Positions 24,138-48,445 of a stretch of 64,000 nt of DNA are shown here, piece after piece (the stretch's first letter is position 1; every line of letters starts with the position of its first letter). This stretch comes from Dimorphilus gyrociliatus. Its lineage: Eukaryota; Animalia; Annelida. Both the position numbers and the translations under genes were made by a program. The notes beneath the pieces are model-generated. The model searched no databases, was not told the origin of the DNA, and saw only the letters and a list, made by a program, of their open reading frames with translations. The DNA is taken from assembly GCA_904063045.1 (NCBI GenBank), contig CAJFCJ010000019.1, forward strand, positions 3,540,684 to 3,604,683, in the 5' to 3' direction.

Positions 24138-25159
24138 TTATTTTGTTTTTGAATTTCTTATCCAAACAGTTACGTGGCTTACGGTCCATTGGTGCTTTCT
24201 TTCCGTTTCACGAATAGTAAACGGAAGTTCCATTTCATGAACCAAATCGAAATAATCTCCCAATTGTTCTTGCAGTCCAGTTAAACCAACAATCGGTTTT
24301 CCATCTCGTACAAAACCTCCTATCCAATTTTCCTAAAAATAATTAAGAAATATTTCTTATTCTATTTTTAGACAAGCAGGTTTGAAATGAAAAACTTACA
24401 GCCGGTGTATACTCCCTTAGAAACGTATATGGGGAAGTTAACACCAGAATGCCATCAGTAACAACTAGGTCAGCCAAGCGTCTTAAAAAGTATTGAGGTG
24501 AATGAAGGCGACATATTAAGTTCGCAGCCAAAACTACAGAAAATTGACCTAAATCCAAGGGCAAATTGCATGCGTCTCCCCGTCGGAATTCGGCTTTTCC
24601 TCTATCCTGTAAAATGAATAGCTAAAAAGAACCACACAAATTTTAAATAACTAACAATTTTTGAATCGACAATAGCTTGATAAGAATCTTCCAAATCTCC
24701 TATAGAACAAACAGAATATCGTATGGAGCCGCTTCCTTTGAGAATATTACAGGCATCTACAAAAGATTGACTATAGTCAATTCCAACAACTTCATCCAAG
24801 AAGTTACACATTTCGAAGGTTGATCTACCAACAGCGCAACCAATGTCAAGACCTCGTTTTAGTTGTAAAGAGGATTTTTCCAATTGAGATTGGAAAAAGT
24901 TGCCGCAAATATCTGCACACTTTCTTGGGAAATCGTGCCCATTTGTTGGCCCATTTGGGGCGAGTATTAATTCTTTTACAGAGCCATAATGAAATAGTAA
25001 ATACTCATTTAATAACTTTCGACTTTCGTACTGATTGTTACGTTGTTCCCTTTGTTTCTCTTTCTGTTTATAATAGTAGCTCGTTAGGGAGAAAGTTCCC
25101 ACACTTGCAGCAACTGCAGCTGCGCAGCCAAGTAGTATATTACGATCAGTATTAGACAT
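24138..25159 (-). CDS. Stand-alone SAM-dependent methyltransferase homologous to the OvoA C-terminal domain (putative 4/5-mercaptohistidine N-methyltransferase); about 301 aa; 3 exons
   Basis: Exons 25159-24656, 24606-24400 and 24332-24138. Motifs: YESRKLLNEYLLFHYG, LDIGCAVGR (SAM motif I), GDACNLP, VLAANLICRL, TSPYTFLREYTP, NWIGG and PFTIRETERKHQWT. The N-terminus is hydrophobic. Confidence 0.88.
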
Positions 25160-25645
25160 TATTACTCTGGAGGTCCTATTATTTGACCGCTTAAAGATAC
25201 AGTCACATGACAACAAATATGGCTGATCATTGGTGTGGTACCTGTCTAATTCTTTTTGATAAACATACCTTGAATTAAAAATCTAAAACTGTTACATAAA
25301 ATAGTGAATATTTAAACTGCACCTGTATTTAAATCGCACAGAAACATTAGTGTAAATAAACGGAAAATTTCCTATTGAAAACCGACAGCATCTTATATGA
25401 AAATCTTACAGTTGTCTCTATATTTTCATGCTCAACTTTCAACATTGACTAATTCAATAAAAACGGAAAAGAAATATTCAATCAACATACATATTTATAA
25501 TTTCTTGAACAACAATGACTAACATAAATATTACAAAATACCGCTTTGTTCTTCATAACATGGAAAAATTTTCTTTGCGGTCAAAGTCGATACATAAAAT
25601 TATACGACTAAACAGTTAACGTGGTTAAAAGCGGTAGATTATAAT

Positions 25646-28666
<3,021 letters not shown>

Positions 28667-29124
28667 TAGATTTGCAAGCCTAAAATTGGTTTAAAACAAA
28701 CAAAAAATTAAAAACATACAAAATATCACGGTCATTCAGAAGGTAGTTTTACATTGGTGAGTCATGTTCATACAAAACACGTCAATAACTGCACATAAGG
28801 ATCTCAAATCTTCTGTAATGTTATGTGAGGATTTTGATAAATACAAAGGATTTATAGATAATGCTCATCATTTGATAGTTTTAAATTATTCTTCGATCAC
28901 GGAAAAAATATACAAATCGGTTCTGTAATGAGTTTTTATCTCTTAGTATGCAAACGAAGGCGTGTCAAATGCAAAGCTATCGGGATGTGACAATGCTTTA
29001 TTCTTAAATGTTCATGAACAACACTTAGTTAATCATACCGATCTTCAGAAAAAATCAGTTACTTTTATTGTACTCAGGTAAAAATACATTCCAGAAGTGA
29101 ATCGGTACCTTTACCAATCATAAC

Positions 29125-29340
29125 AAAACAAAATGGCTGCCGGGAACGTAGAATCGTTCCACTCTGAATTTATATAAAATACATGCTTACCAGACCTTAC
29201 AAACTCTTTAATCTTTTAAATCGTCATAGTAAAATTACTTTATATTTAACTTACTTGTTCATCGTTAGTTTATTTAGTGTAGATTCGAAAAAAACATCCA
29301 AATTTCACGTGGCACACTCCTCCTGTGTGACGTCACAAAT
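29125..29340. promoter_or_regulatory. Probable AP1G1 promoter: YY1-like aaaatggctgc (about 29131), E-box CACGTG (29306-29311) and perfect CRE TGACGTCA (29328-29335)
   Basis: GC-containing motifs clustered in an otherwise AT-rich intergenic stretch upstream of AP1G1. Confidence 0.45.
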
Positions 29341-29826
29341 ATAAGCCCAGCAGTGAAATTTCATGATAATATTCTCATGTTTCTTGATCAATATTAAAAT
29401 AGGAACAAAAGCAAAGGAAAAAAAATTTATTGCTTTCCAGCTGTAGAAATTCAACAATTATTCAATCTGTATGGGAACCAATCAACGAGCTGAAAGCTAA
29501 CTATTGGATGCTCATCAAGAAATTGATTTTGACTTTATTTAAAATACCTATTTTAGAATAATAGGCAGTGACTAGATTACTACCTACCACTCTTTTATTT
29601 AATTTGAATATTTTACTATATATGAATGTTATACTAATACATTATATAATACATTTAAATATTTTCTTTATATAACTTCTCTAAAAATTTAAATATTTGA
29701 ATTTAGGTATTTTATTATTCTGATACATTTGTCATTCATTTATTTAATATTTTTTATAATGTATTCAATTACGGCGAACGTAAAAATGATGAAGCACTAG
29801 AATGAAGCGAATTAGGAAAGAAGAAA

Positions 29827-37326
<7,500 letters not shown>

Positions 37327-38125
37327 GTTGCACGATTGGCAGTTTTTTACTATTGTAGAATAGCCGAATGAGTTTTAAATTATATTTCTTCACTAAATAT
37401 AATTGTTGAAATATAAATTTGCATTTCTCAGATCAAAAATGATTTCAGAATGTGTTGTAGCATATTTTACTATACTAGCTTAAAGACAAATCAAGGTTTT
37501 TGTCCATTTAAGCTGCAGACTGATTATTCATGACGTATTTTCGGGGGAAGCGGAAGCATAGTGAATGAGGGTGTAGCTAAATCAATGAAAACGCAAGTCT
37601 AGGAATCGATATAATACTCACTCAGAATAATAATAATAGATAATTCTTTAGTGAAAATCTATTATTTATTGAAAGTTCCAAAAAATGACAGAAAATAGAA
37701 ATTTAAATTATTTTTTTTCGACATCTTTTAATAAATATGAAAAGTTCATTAAACAAATAAGGATTGATCCAGATAAAGTATCTTGATTTGTGATTTGTGT
37801 ACAATTACTTTCAAATAATAATGAAGTGCAATCCTTAACCGAGAGTTTTTTCGCATATAATGCGCCCTCTATCGTATGGCTCTTTCCATTTGGTTCCAAA
37901 TTTTAGTGAGACCTTGATATGTGTAATGGCGGTTGCTGATTTAGTTTTCAACTAGTCACTTTAAATTAAAGCAGAAATTCAATCAGATTTCTTTGTTTAT
38001 TTGTTAAGAAAATTATATTCTACTTTTTTTTAACCAATCAAGTTTATATCAACGCTACTGTCTCATATCAAAGCTTTTATTTGAGGAAAATTTAACCCAC
38101 TGACCGTTACATAGGCCTGACTACA

Positions 38126-40169
38126 ATGGCAAATTATAGCTGTGGTACGAATTCTCAAAATTTTAAACTTAAGATTTATTGAATTCCTTTTGTTTTCAGA
38201 TAATCTAGTGGATGTCCCCGACACCTGTATAAAGAAAAGGCATATTGATTTTAATCGAAGACGATCATATAACGTTGATGAACTTTTGTCATCATCACCT
38301 TTACGATGTATAGTCAATGCATGGTATGTGCATGAATGTTTTATTTACTTTATTTATTTACAGGTGATAGCAACTCTGATGACAGCATAGACAATTCTCC
38401 TGTTAAAGGAGCTAATACATTTATAGTCGGGAATGACGAATCGTTTCGAGCGTATATTGAGCGAACCAAAGTGGAAACGAGGCGTCAAGATAGCTTTAAG
38501 CTCCGTGATATTAAAAGATACGTCCCCAAGTAGGTTATACTTTCGAAAGTGAATTTCTTATCACTTCACATCAAACGGAGAACCGTTTTATTTAACCTTT
38601 TATTTATTTATTATTGTTTTTACATGTGATCGTTTTTAAAGCAGATTTGTCTCAAAAGAAACAGCCACATGTAGAGCAGAAAGTGATCGGCCCTTAGAAA
38701 TACAAAATAAATTGGAAATAATAAAAGAGTCTCTCAATTCACCTGCTGAAAGCCGGGAAAAAATTGAAGTCAAGAGAGAAACTCCCAAAAGAGGTGTACA
38801 ACGCTCTGTTAGTCTGAAAAGTCGCGAAAAACCCAAAATGACAGGGAAATCATCCATAGATAATAATAAAAATAGACGCCGATCTAATGCCCTCCCTAAA
38901 ATGAGTGATATAAATAAAGAAAAGGTAATATATTTACAATAAGATAACTGGTAGATAAGCAATGCTCATTATTTATTAGATTGACGGAAGGGGGGAAGCA
39001 AAAGAAAATACAAAAGAAAAGTCAAAAAAAGTGAAAGAGGTGCCTAAAGTTAATGACAGGATGAAAGACTCATCTTTTAGTGATTTATCAAGCATATCAA
39101 GTGTTAGCGACTTGTCTTTATCAAATGTTTTAAACGTTTCACGGCCTATTACTGGAAGAATTGAAAGAAGGGCAGCAAATGATGTTGATGATAAAAAAAG
39201 TGATAAAAAAGATAGTTCTAAGAAAAAGATATTTCCCCAGATCAAAGCAGCGTTATTTAGGCCTGGGCAGAAATTTGCCAAAATATCTGAGAAAAAAAGC
39301 GGTCCTGTTAAAGCTACTCCAGCTAAGAAGGAAATTGATAAAGATATTTCCGAAACTTCACAAGATAGTGGCATATGTAAGTAAAATCATATTTTTAAGC
39401 TTTCTTTTTTGTTTCTATGCGAAAATTTAGCAACATTTCTCTCTTTGTGCATAGCTTTTTCGAATCAAGCTGCTCCTATACTAGCATCGACGCCCGTTAA
39501 GAAGAGCCAGTCTATTGCTTCGTTAGTATTTCAAAATTATTTATGAAATATATTTATCATAGAATTTTCTTTTGTTTTAGACCATTTATCCAAACGCCTA
39601 AAAAATCTTTTATACCGACACCTAAAAAATCAGGGTATATTAATTTTTCGTACATAAAAATTATTGACATAAACTTAAATATATATATATATTTACAGAA
39701 GTTCTATACGAAGGAGTAATTCATCAGCAAGTTCAGCAGAAAATCTTATGGGTTTTCAAACGCCAGTTAAAACTGATATAGTAAGTGGTAATTCTTATAT
39801 AAAACAAAGTATATATTATTTACAACTTGTAGCTGGTTGATTTTACTCCATAGTAAAAGGTATCACTTAGGCTTTTTAAAGAGTTTTTACCCTCTGTAAT
39901 TTACTTTAACTGAGTGAACAGTAAAAAAACAAATGAAGATTTATATTAGAAAAGAGTTTATTAACCTTGAAAGCTTTTTTTTCTACTTTATTTTAATAAT
40001 GACTTTAAAAAAAAATTTTTTAACCAGTTTTTTTTAAGTTTTTTTAATGAAGTAATTAACCTCTGTGTTAATCAATTCATTTCAGCTTCGCAGGCAAAGG
40101 CGTCGGAAAAGCATAGACACAATGGATTTCGATTTCGAAGGCGTAAATAAAACAGCCGTTTGTCTATAA
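38126..40169 (+). CDS. Uncharacterised low-complexity S/K-rich protein with several S/T-P-x-K (CDK-type) sites and two candidate last exons
   Basis: Phase-consistent exon chain from MANYSC|DNLVDVP through ORFs 38336, 38712 and 39031 and small exons (TPVKK, TPKK, TPVK). It ends either LVDFTP* (39833-39853) or LRRQRRRKSIDTMDFDFEGVNKTAVCL* (40086-40169). Confidence 0.6.
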
Positions 40170-40727
40170 TAGTCTTTGCTTGGTGTGTTGCCGTGAATAT
40201 TTCTTGTATAGTTAACATAGAACGTAGACTGGTAGTAAAATGTTGCTTTTCTTTTTGATATTCTAAATACTTTAACTGAATTACTATACACTGTACAAAT
40301 AGGAGTTTTTAAACTTCTATTTTTCGTTTACTGTTTTTTTTTTCAATAAAAAATATTGTTCATGTATATGAACACTCATGACATCAAAAATGCCATTTCC
40401 GTTCAAACGCTTTATTTTGAACCCATGTTATGTAATAGATAATACGTGCTAATAAGCATCAATTAAAACTATTGTGTATAAGATAAAGAATGTCAGTTTG
40501 GTATTATTGACATCATTTTATATGGTAATTTCTCATATAAACATGGTTTAATAAGTTAAATAGAATTTCCACACTTGTATTCTCCCGCTCGCGCAAAGGC
40601 TCGCCCCATAATGCAATCTGAAAAAGGTACGAAAATGTGTATAGATTGACAACTTCCGGTTGCTCTGCCTGTTTGTTAGGATAGACTGTTAAAGTTAAAT
40701 TGTTAAAATTATCTGGTAATTTTTAGA

Positions 40728-41087
40728 ATGGCTGAACATGAATCAGGTCCAAGCTCAGGGTCAGAAACCCCTGTTCCAAGTAATCCGGGAACCCCAAGGG
40801 TAGAAGACTTGAGAAATACCCCTCCACCAGTGAAATTGGCGCGACAAACGCCGCCACCTCCGGCGTCTTCTGTTAATACTTTACCGTCAACAAAGCCAAG
40901 CGGAGTAGCCCAATCACAAAGCAAATACTCTCAATTACTCGGGGTCATTGAAGACATGGGTAGAGATATTAGGCCTACATACGCGGGCAGTAAATCAAGT
41001 GCTGAAAGGTTAAAGAGAGGTATTGTTCACGCGAGAATTCTGGTCAGAGAATGTCTTATGGAGTGCGAAAGAAGTGCTAGATCTTGA
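40728..41087 (+). CDS. CDK2AP1: Cyclin-dependent kinase 2-associated protein (DOC-1 family); single exon
   Basis: Conserved C-terminus [55 protein letters not shown]. Confidence 0.96.
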   Translation: MAEHESGPSSGSETPVPSNPGTPRVEDLRNTPPPVKLARQTPPPPASSVNTLPSTKPSGVAQSQSKYSQLLGVIEDMGRDIRPTYAGSKSSAERLKRGIVHARILVRECLMECERSARS

Positions 41088-41339
41088 ATCTAATGGTCTT
41101 CCAGCTTTACCAATTAGAATAGATTGCATGAATATTGTATTTATAGAGTATATTTTCTGCTGAATGTTGTTTACCTTAAAAATACATTTTTAAAAAATCC
41201 ACTCTTTAACTTGTGTGATGATGTTTTATGTTGGCTTTAGTATTAGAATAATTATTGACTATTGTAATTTGAAAAATAATTATATTAAAATATTCCAAAG
41301 AAAACAAAGACGAATGATAATCAATAACAAAGAAACGAT

Positions 41340-42829
41340 TTATATGCGTATTTTTCGCTTTTTCTTCCCCTTTCGTTTGCCTTTGCCCTGCTATAAAAAA
41401 AGATACATATTATATTTCACCAAGAAGTAGCTGGTATATACAAACTTTTTTAGCCTTTCTTTTTTTAGACGGAGTTACTTTGTCATCATCTTCGTCTAGA
41501 TCTGCATTTGTAAGACCTGCTACTTGGCCAAATTCAGCAATAGAATTAATATCGTTCAGGGTTCTCATTCTTCTAGCTTCATTCTTTTCTTTCTTGGAGA
41601 CAGGCATTCGAATGAAATATTTTTCTTCGTAACTATTGAAATAGCATAGTTTTATAATATAATTATTTATGTAAAAATATATATTTACTCTTTTTTCTCC
41701 TTTAATTTCTTATCCGTTTTAGCTCTATGTAGATCGATAGATTCGTGTATCTCTTCAGGACCATCGTGCAACTCTTCACGAAGTTCTCTATATAAACCAC
41801 TCGTTAGAGCTCTTCGTTTTTTCTCCTCTAATTTCTTCTCTTTTATTGCGCGTACAGTATCTTCTTCGTCTTTAGATTGGAAAAAAAAGACAATGACTTA
41901 GAAAAGTTGCTAAACTCAAATTAATTGAGACCAATTGACAAAGTAAATCAGAAAGTACACAAACCATATCTAACTGGAGCCAGTTTAGGAGGTTTATAAA
42001 CGCCTTTAGCAGTTTTCTCAACACCTCCTTCATCGGATGATTCTTGATCATCAGAACTCTCCTAAAAATCATTATAGTATTGGATCAAGAGAAAATTTAG
42101 AAACAGAATACTTACATAGTTGTCTAAGTTTGGTTTTAGGTTTGTTGGATCATTTGGATCTATTAGAAAAAAGAACCGAAGTTACATAATAGCAATAGCG
42201 AAATTATTTTTACAAACCTGAAGTTGCGCTATTTGCAGTTTTAATTAACTTATCAATTTGATATTTCAGTTTCTTATCAATGGGTTTTATCTTTTCTAAA
42301 ATCTATAAATTGTGGTAACATATTTATTTACCGAATTAATCACCTGCCGTTGTTATTGTAAATTTATTACTCGTACCGTTCTATTTTCTATTAAACGATC
42401 AACACTTTGTTCATTTCTGATTGGTTTGCCTTGAATTTTTTTATTTATTATGGAAGTAATATCCATTACATAACTAAGCATTGTCTGGTATTTCATTTCC
42501 AGAAAACTTAAACCCTGTTTTGAAAGAAATTGTGTTTGTTGTTAGTAGAGAGCACCACTGTATTTTTGTTACGAAACCTTTGCTGTAGATAGACTACCGT
42601 CGCCGGCCTTTTCACAAATGTTATCCACATCTCCACATAGTTCATCGGCTTTTTCCGAAATTTCGTTAAATAACTTCTCAGCAGCCTCTAAGTCTTCTGC
42701 TGTCGCCTATTATTACAACACGTGGTTTTTACTACTCGGCATTCATTGTCGCTCATTGTTTTATTGGTTAAATAAATCATTTGGGGCGTGAATATATGCA
42801 GTTTTTGATGTTTTCTTTACCTTTAGCAT
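41340..42829 (-). CDS. NGDN: Neuroguidin (Lcp5/Sas10 family SSU processome factor)
   Basis: GLSFLEMKYQTMLSY...DRLIENRT|ILEKIKPIDKKLKYQIDKLIK; basic C-terminus GKGKRKGKKKRKIRI*. The start is approximate (ATG CTA AAG|gtaaag at 42829). Confidence 0.92.
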
Positions 42830-43054
42830 TTTGTACTCAGAGATCTTGTCCCCGCTTCCGTAGTTGAATTTAGTTTTTACAAGCTCTAGGAGTTTCTATT
42901 GAACCGGTTACGGTTTGTTATGAACGGTGGAGAGAGGTAGATCAGGAAGTTCAAAGCGCATGCGCTAAAGTAGTTTTTTTTTGATTTGTTATCGCCCAGC
43001 CACCAAAAATGAAGATCGTTTGTGATAACAAATAAATAAGAACATTCAATAAAG

Positions 43055-46000
43055 ATGAACAGATGCACAGACAATTTAATTATTAACCGAAATCCTAAAG
43101 AGGATTGGAGAATACTTCGTCAAATAGGAAATGGCACTTATGGACAAGTTTATCTGGTATGTTACGGAAGATGTAGCTAAACAATTTAACAATCAGTTTG
43201 TCAATATGTGTTATTTGCTAAACTCTCGTTGTAATTTATCAATTATAGAAAACAAACTGTTAGAATAGCCCGCAATTTAATCACATATGTCTGTTTATAA
43301 AATTTTTGAAGGCTGATTTACTATTATTCAGGCTCAATCCCTTCGTGATAGAAACGTTAAATGTGCTATGAAAGATATTCAAATCGATCCAAGTGAGTGA
43401 GACATAAAGTTGATTTAGCTGTTATATATAGGACGATAGTGGAATTAACTTTAAAGAATATATTAATATTTTTTAATCAGAGGACAAGATCGAGATCATA
43501 GAGCAGGAAATTCAAGTGTTAAGCGAATGTGATAACCAAAATATAGTAAAGTTTTATAAAAGTTATAGACGTAGAGATAGATTATACATTTGTATGGAGC
43601 TGTGCGATGGAGGTTGTATGCAGGACATCTGTGCAGGTTTGTAAAAGTTTTACTATGTAATACTTAAAAAATTGAGAGGATCGTTTTTCACTCATCAAGC
43701 TCTTGGATTTTTGAAAGAAAATGAGATAGCTATTGTCTCGAAAGAAATGCTAAATGGTTTGTCTTATCTGCATAAAAAAAAAATAGTGCACCGAGATATT
43801 AAGGTATTATTTTGTTATTTACTTTCTATAAATTGACGTCACTTTCTATAAATCAAATGACATAGGGGGCCAATGTGTTACTTACGGCTGAAGGAGTGAT
43901 AAAACTAAGTGAGTTCATTTTTATAACGTATTTGATATCAATAGAAAGTCAATGTAATGTTAAACAATACAGTTGATTTTGGTGTTGCATCAGTGCTAAG
44001 TGCTTCTAGATCAAAGTGTAATACCCTAATAGGAACTCCTTATTGGTAAATCTTTAAAAAATATACTTTAGCATTAATCCTCCAACGCTGAATTAATTAA
44101 AAAAATCATTCTTTATAGGATGGCTCCGGAAGTTTCCTCCAATACTCATAAAAATATTGGTTACAATGATAAATGCGATATTTGGGCTGTGGGAATAACA
44201 GCAATAGAATTTGCAGATGGAAGACCACCGCTATTCGATTTAGATCCTATGAAGTTTGATTATTTATTTTCTTTTTATTTCGTATTGCATTCTTATACGA
44301 TTCATTCTTTAAATTTAATAAAGAGCGCTCCAAATTATTGGTAAAAGGAACTATAAATGTCCTGGCTTGAGGAATAAAAATAATTGGTTTGTATATGAAA
44401 AGAGAAGATTTTGATTTTTATTACAGAAATTATTTACTCTAGGTCTCCGAAGTTTCAGAATTTCTTAAAATTGTCTCTAATACGAAATCCTGATAAGAGA
44501 CCATCGGCAGATGAATTATTACAAGATCCATTCGTAGCTAATCCTATTCTAACACGACAAATTACCCGACTAATGATGGCTAGGTATAGACGACAGGACT
44601 CTGATAATGAAGACGTTTGTATTTCTTCTTTTGTTCTTCTGATTTCTAATTACTCGTATTTCTTACATATAGTTTGGAAACGATGATTTACTCATGCACG
44701 ACCCATTAGAAAATTGTACCCGTGAAAAAAGTAAGTTTAACATACAGTATAAAGAATGTAAACCAAAAGTAACAATATCTTTTTTTTCTCCTTAACTCTT
44801 ACTTAGATAATCACATTTATAACAACAGCGTTCAAGTATGATTTTAATAAATTTATGTTGTACTTTAATTATATTACTAAACCTTAATAGAATTCAAGTT
44901 CTGCGCTGGGAGATGAAGCGTCAAACGCACCTCAACCGAGGTAAATTAAATAACTCCTATTCTAATTTTTTTAATCTTTAAAATCTCCTTTTTTTTTATA
45001 AATTAATTTTTCTTTTTTGTAGTTTGATGGATAGTATCGTTGAAGCATTACCACAGTTGGAAGAAAGGTATAAAAATAAATATATCTCAAATATTATTTT
45101 ATATAAGTTCAAAGAAAAAAGTGATAATTGATTCTCTCTGTACTTTCTCTACCAATTATTTCTTCTATAGTAACATATTCATTCACTATCTTTTAAAACA
45201 AACCATATTTCATCTTGTACACACCCTAAATTAGAACGAATAAGTATCGATTCGAAATAATTAAGTGCACTATATTAATTTAATAAAAACAAATTGGATA
45301 AAAATATGTATTTTATTATAATTAATCAAGAATTAATAATTATATGCTAAGTTTTTTATTTATATTATATGATTGACATAAAAATTTCTAGGCAACGAAA
45401 TCATCATAAGGAATTCAAACTTGAAATGTACGACAAGTCTCCAAGGTATTGTTTTGTTTTTACAAAACAAACAGATTTATTAACAGTCAAAAAAAAAAAA
45501 ACAATATATATCATAGATAATTTCTTTCCTTTACGCTTAATTTAATTTCTTATTTTGTAATTTTTTTGATTTACTTTGAAATTTGCAATATTACCTCTTT
45601 TTCTTTTGCAACTTTACTTTACTAATATAGTCTTTTGTTTTGTAAGAAAGTAAGAAAAAAAGAACGAATGAATAAATGAGTGAAAGGAAGAATACCAACA
45701 ACAAAAAAAACACTTTAAAATTAATTAAAGAATATTTCATTTAAACGTTTGAAACTCTTAGAAATAGCTATTATCATCAATATCACAGTCGCTTTTCTTT
45801 TTTCTGAAATCATTTGTAGAATTGAATTTCCACTTCACAACAGGCATAATATTTACGATGAGGATTTTCCAACCGATTATTCAAAATTGTAAGAATATTA
45901 GCATGTCAACTGATGTTTTTTTTTTTCAACCTCCCTAACCTTCCTTAATGTTTCACTCTCCTAATTAAACTAGTTTGTCTAGCTTTGTTTCTATTATGCT

Positions 46001-48323
46001 TAGTGTGAAACTAATGAGATAAAAGGTTATTTTTAGGGTAAAGAAGTTAGATGGGATATTTCGTAATTCAGTATATATGTGTATCCTTGTGTAGAGTCTG
46101 TTTTTATATAGATATAAAGTTTAACAATTTATATATTTTTTATAATCAATTGATAAAATCCTATTTGTGTTTATCCTCTAGTTTTATTTATGTAATTTAT
46201 ATTTCAAAGGCAAACGGTAGATGTTCGTGCATCCCAAGATGAGAATGCTGGTAACGAAAGAGGCTATTCAGGGGTAAATAATTTTTAAATAACAGTTAAT
46301 TAATTTACTAATTAAACTTTCTTGTAGGAGTATGAGAATACTCGAGTTTTACCTCATTATGAGAATCATCAAAGTTAGTTTTAAATTTATAAAAATGAAT
46401 TAATTTCTAATATATTTTTATGTACAATTCAGTACAAGAAGTAGATAATTCAATTGTACATAGGGCCAGTCGACCAATAAGACCTCCAAAACCACCTAAA
46501 AGACGAGGCTCGGTAGTAATATTATTAATATATATTTACACATGTGTATATTGCATTTGTAATATAATACTGATATTTTTTTAGTCTCGACGGGTTATCC
46601 TACCAAATGGTGTACCTCCTACCCCACATGCCAGGGTATTTATTAATAAATCTAATAGTATATAATAGTAATATAGTAATATTTCGATAATTATTTAGAT
46701 GGGAGCTGGTTTATATATGATATTTTACGATTGTCCATTAAAAATAAATATGGCTGTTTGTTGGGTTCATCCCAAAACAAAAGGTATAAATATTTAAATA
46801 TATACATGCACTACAATTTTATTTTACTATTTCATTTCATTATCATTTTTATTCAATAGATCAGCATATATTATTCGGCAGCGAAACTGGGATATATACT
46901 TTCAATTTAGCGGAAATGCATAAAGTTGAGTTTAATTTAGTTCATCCACGACGTTGTACGTGGTTGAAAGTAATTGGGGACTATTTAGTGTCAATATCGG
47001 GTCGATCTCAATGCATTTGGAGACACGATTTGTTAGCTTGCCATTCGAATGAAAATAAGAAATCAGGATCATTCTCTGTTGAGAAATTACCAGATTTATT
47101 AAAACCAAAACGTTTCTCATCAAAACATAAAGAAACAAAGGATTGCCATCAAGCGTGCGTTAGTAAAAGCTTAAAGAATGATCATATATACTTGTGCGCA
47201 GCTGTAAGACGTTGCGTAATGTAAGTTCTATACTTTATATATACAGTACAGCATACAGTATACATTATTATTGGTTATTAATTGTTTTTCAACAGACTTA
47301 TGCAATGGTTTGACGGCGAAGGAATGAATAAATTCGTTAATATGAAAGTTTGTATTTTCTTCTAATCTAGCGAATATAGAGATTTTATTATTCAATTTCT
47401 CGTCTTATATTATCTTAATTAATTAGAAATTTGATATACAATTGCCTTGGAATCTTTCTGTTTTTGAATTAATCAATGATCCCGATTCTTCGAAAGATTA
47501 TCCTTTATTATGCTTTGGAATATCTAAAAGGTAAAGATTCCCTTATGATAAGATAAACTGTATGCTGTATAAAATATATGCTGTTTATTTATTTAGAGAG
47601 AATAATCGTCTTCAATTAAGAACTTTAGACTGGAATTCTGCTTCTAATTGGTTGCCAGAAGTTGGATCAGAAAATGATTTAACCGTAGTTCGACTGATTC
47701 AATTGGATTTATATAATATACTTGTGGCTTTTGACCGTATGTGTAATAGGAATATGTCTTTTTTTTTGATAACTCTAATGTCGAATTATTATTACTATTA
47801 TTATAGATTTTGTTCATATTGTCGATCTGAATGGTCATACATCAAAAAGATATCACGTGTCTTGTGTGACATTCGACTTTCCTATTTCTTCCCTGCGTAA
47901 GTAGAATAACTAGTAAAATAGACATTTAACAGCTTATTAACTGTTCTTATTCTTTAGTTTATTTGAAAGATGAGTCGGTACTTGCGTTTCATGATCATGG
48001 CATTCAGGGAAGAAAACTATCTACTAATGAGGTACACCTATTCTATTAATAGCTTATCAATATCTGTTTTGACCTTTATGCTTTTTTACTTTTGAAGAAA
48101 ACTCAAGATGTTATTGATGGCAATAAAATATTACGATTTCTTGGACACGACAAGTTGGTCATCTTTTAAAATTGATTTTAATAAAAGCTGTCGTCTCTTA
48201 AATATTTTTTTTTTATTTTATAGATTAGTTGTACTAGAAGGAAGACCGACAAATGAACCGGAAGCAAACTCCTCGTTGTACATATTGACTGGGCACGAGA
48301 ATATGAGTGAAAGTAGAAGTTGA
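43055..48323 (+). CDS. GCK-I family MAP4K (MAP4K3/5, happyhour-like): STE20 kinase plus CNH domain; many exons
   Basis: NRNPKEDW...[51 protein letters not shown]; PPTP...MGAG...CPLKI and RRCTWL at the start of the CNH domain; ends [12 protein letters not shown]. Confidence 0.93.
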
Positions 48324-48383
48324 ACAGGAAAGAAGTATAAAATAAGAAGAACTCTCACTTAAAAAATTTCTCAGTAATCTCTA

Positions 48384-48385
48384 TT

Positions 48386-48418
<33 letters not shown>

Positions 48419-48445
48419 TTCTCTGCCTCTCATTTTCTCTCTCTC
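48384..48445. repeat. (CT)n-rich tract downstream of the MAP4K stop
   Basis: Read directly from the sequence. Confidence 0.9.

Noticed and set aside
28667-29826. Operon-like co-transcription of HEATR5B and AP1G1
   Set aside because: The 1.16-kb gap contains its own promoter-like motifs and probable 5' UTR splice sites, and nothing indicates trans-splicing.
37708-37899. 63-aa ORF between HEATR5B and the S/K-rich gene
   Set aside because: No family resemblance; it lies in a shared promoter region and is probably a chance ORF.
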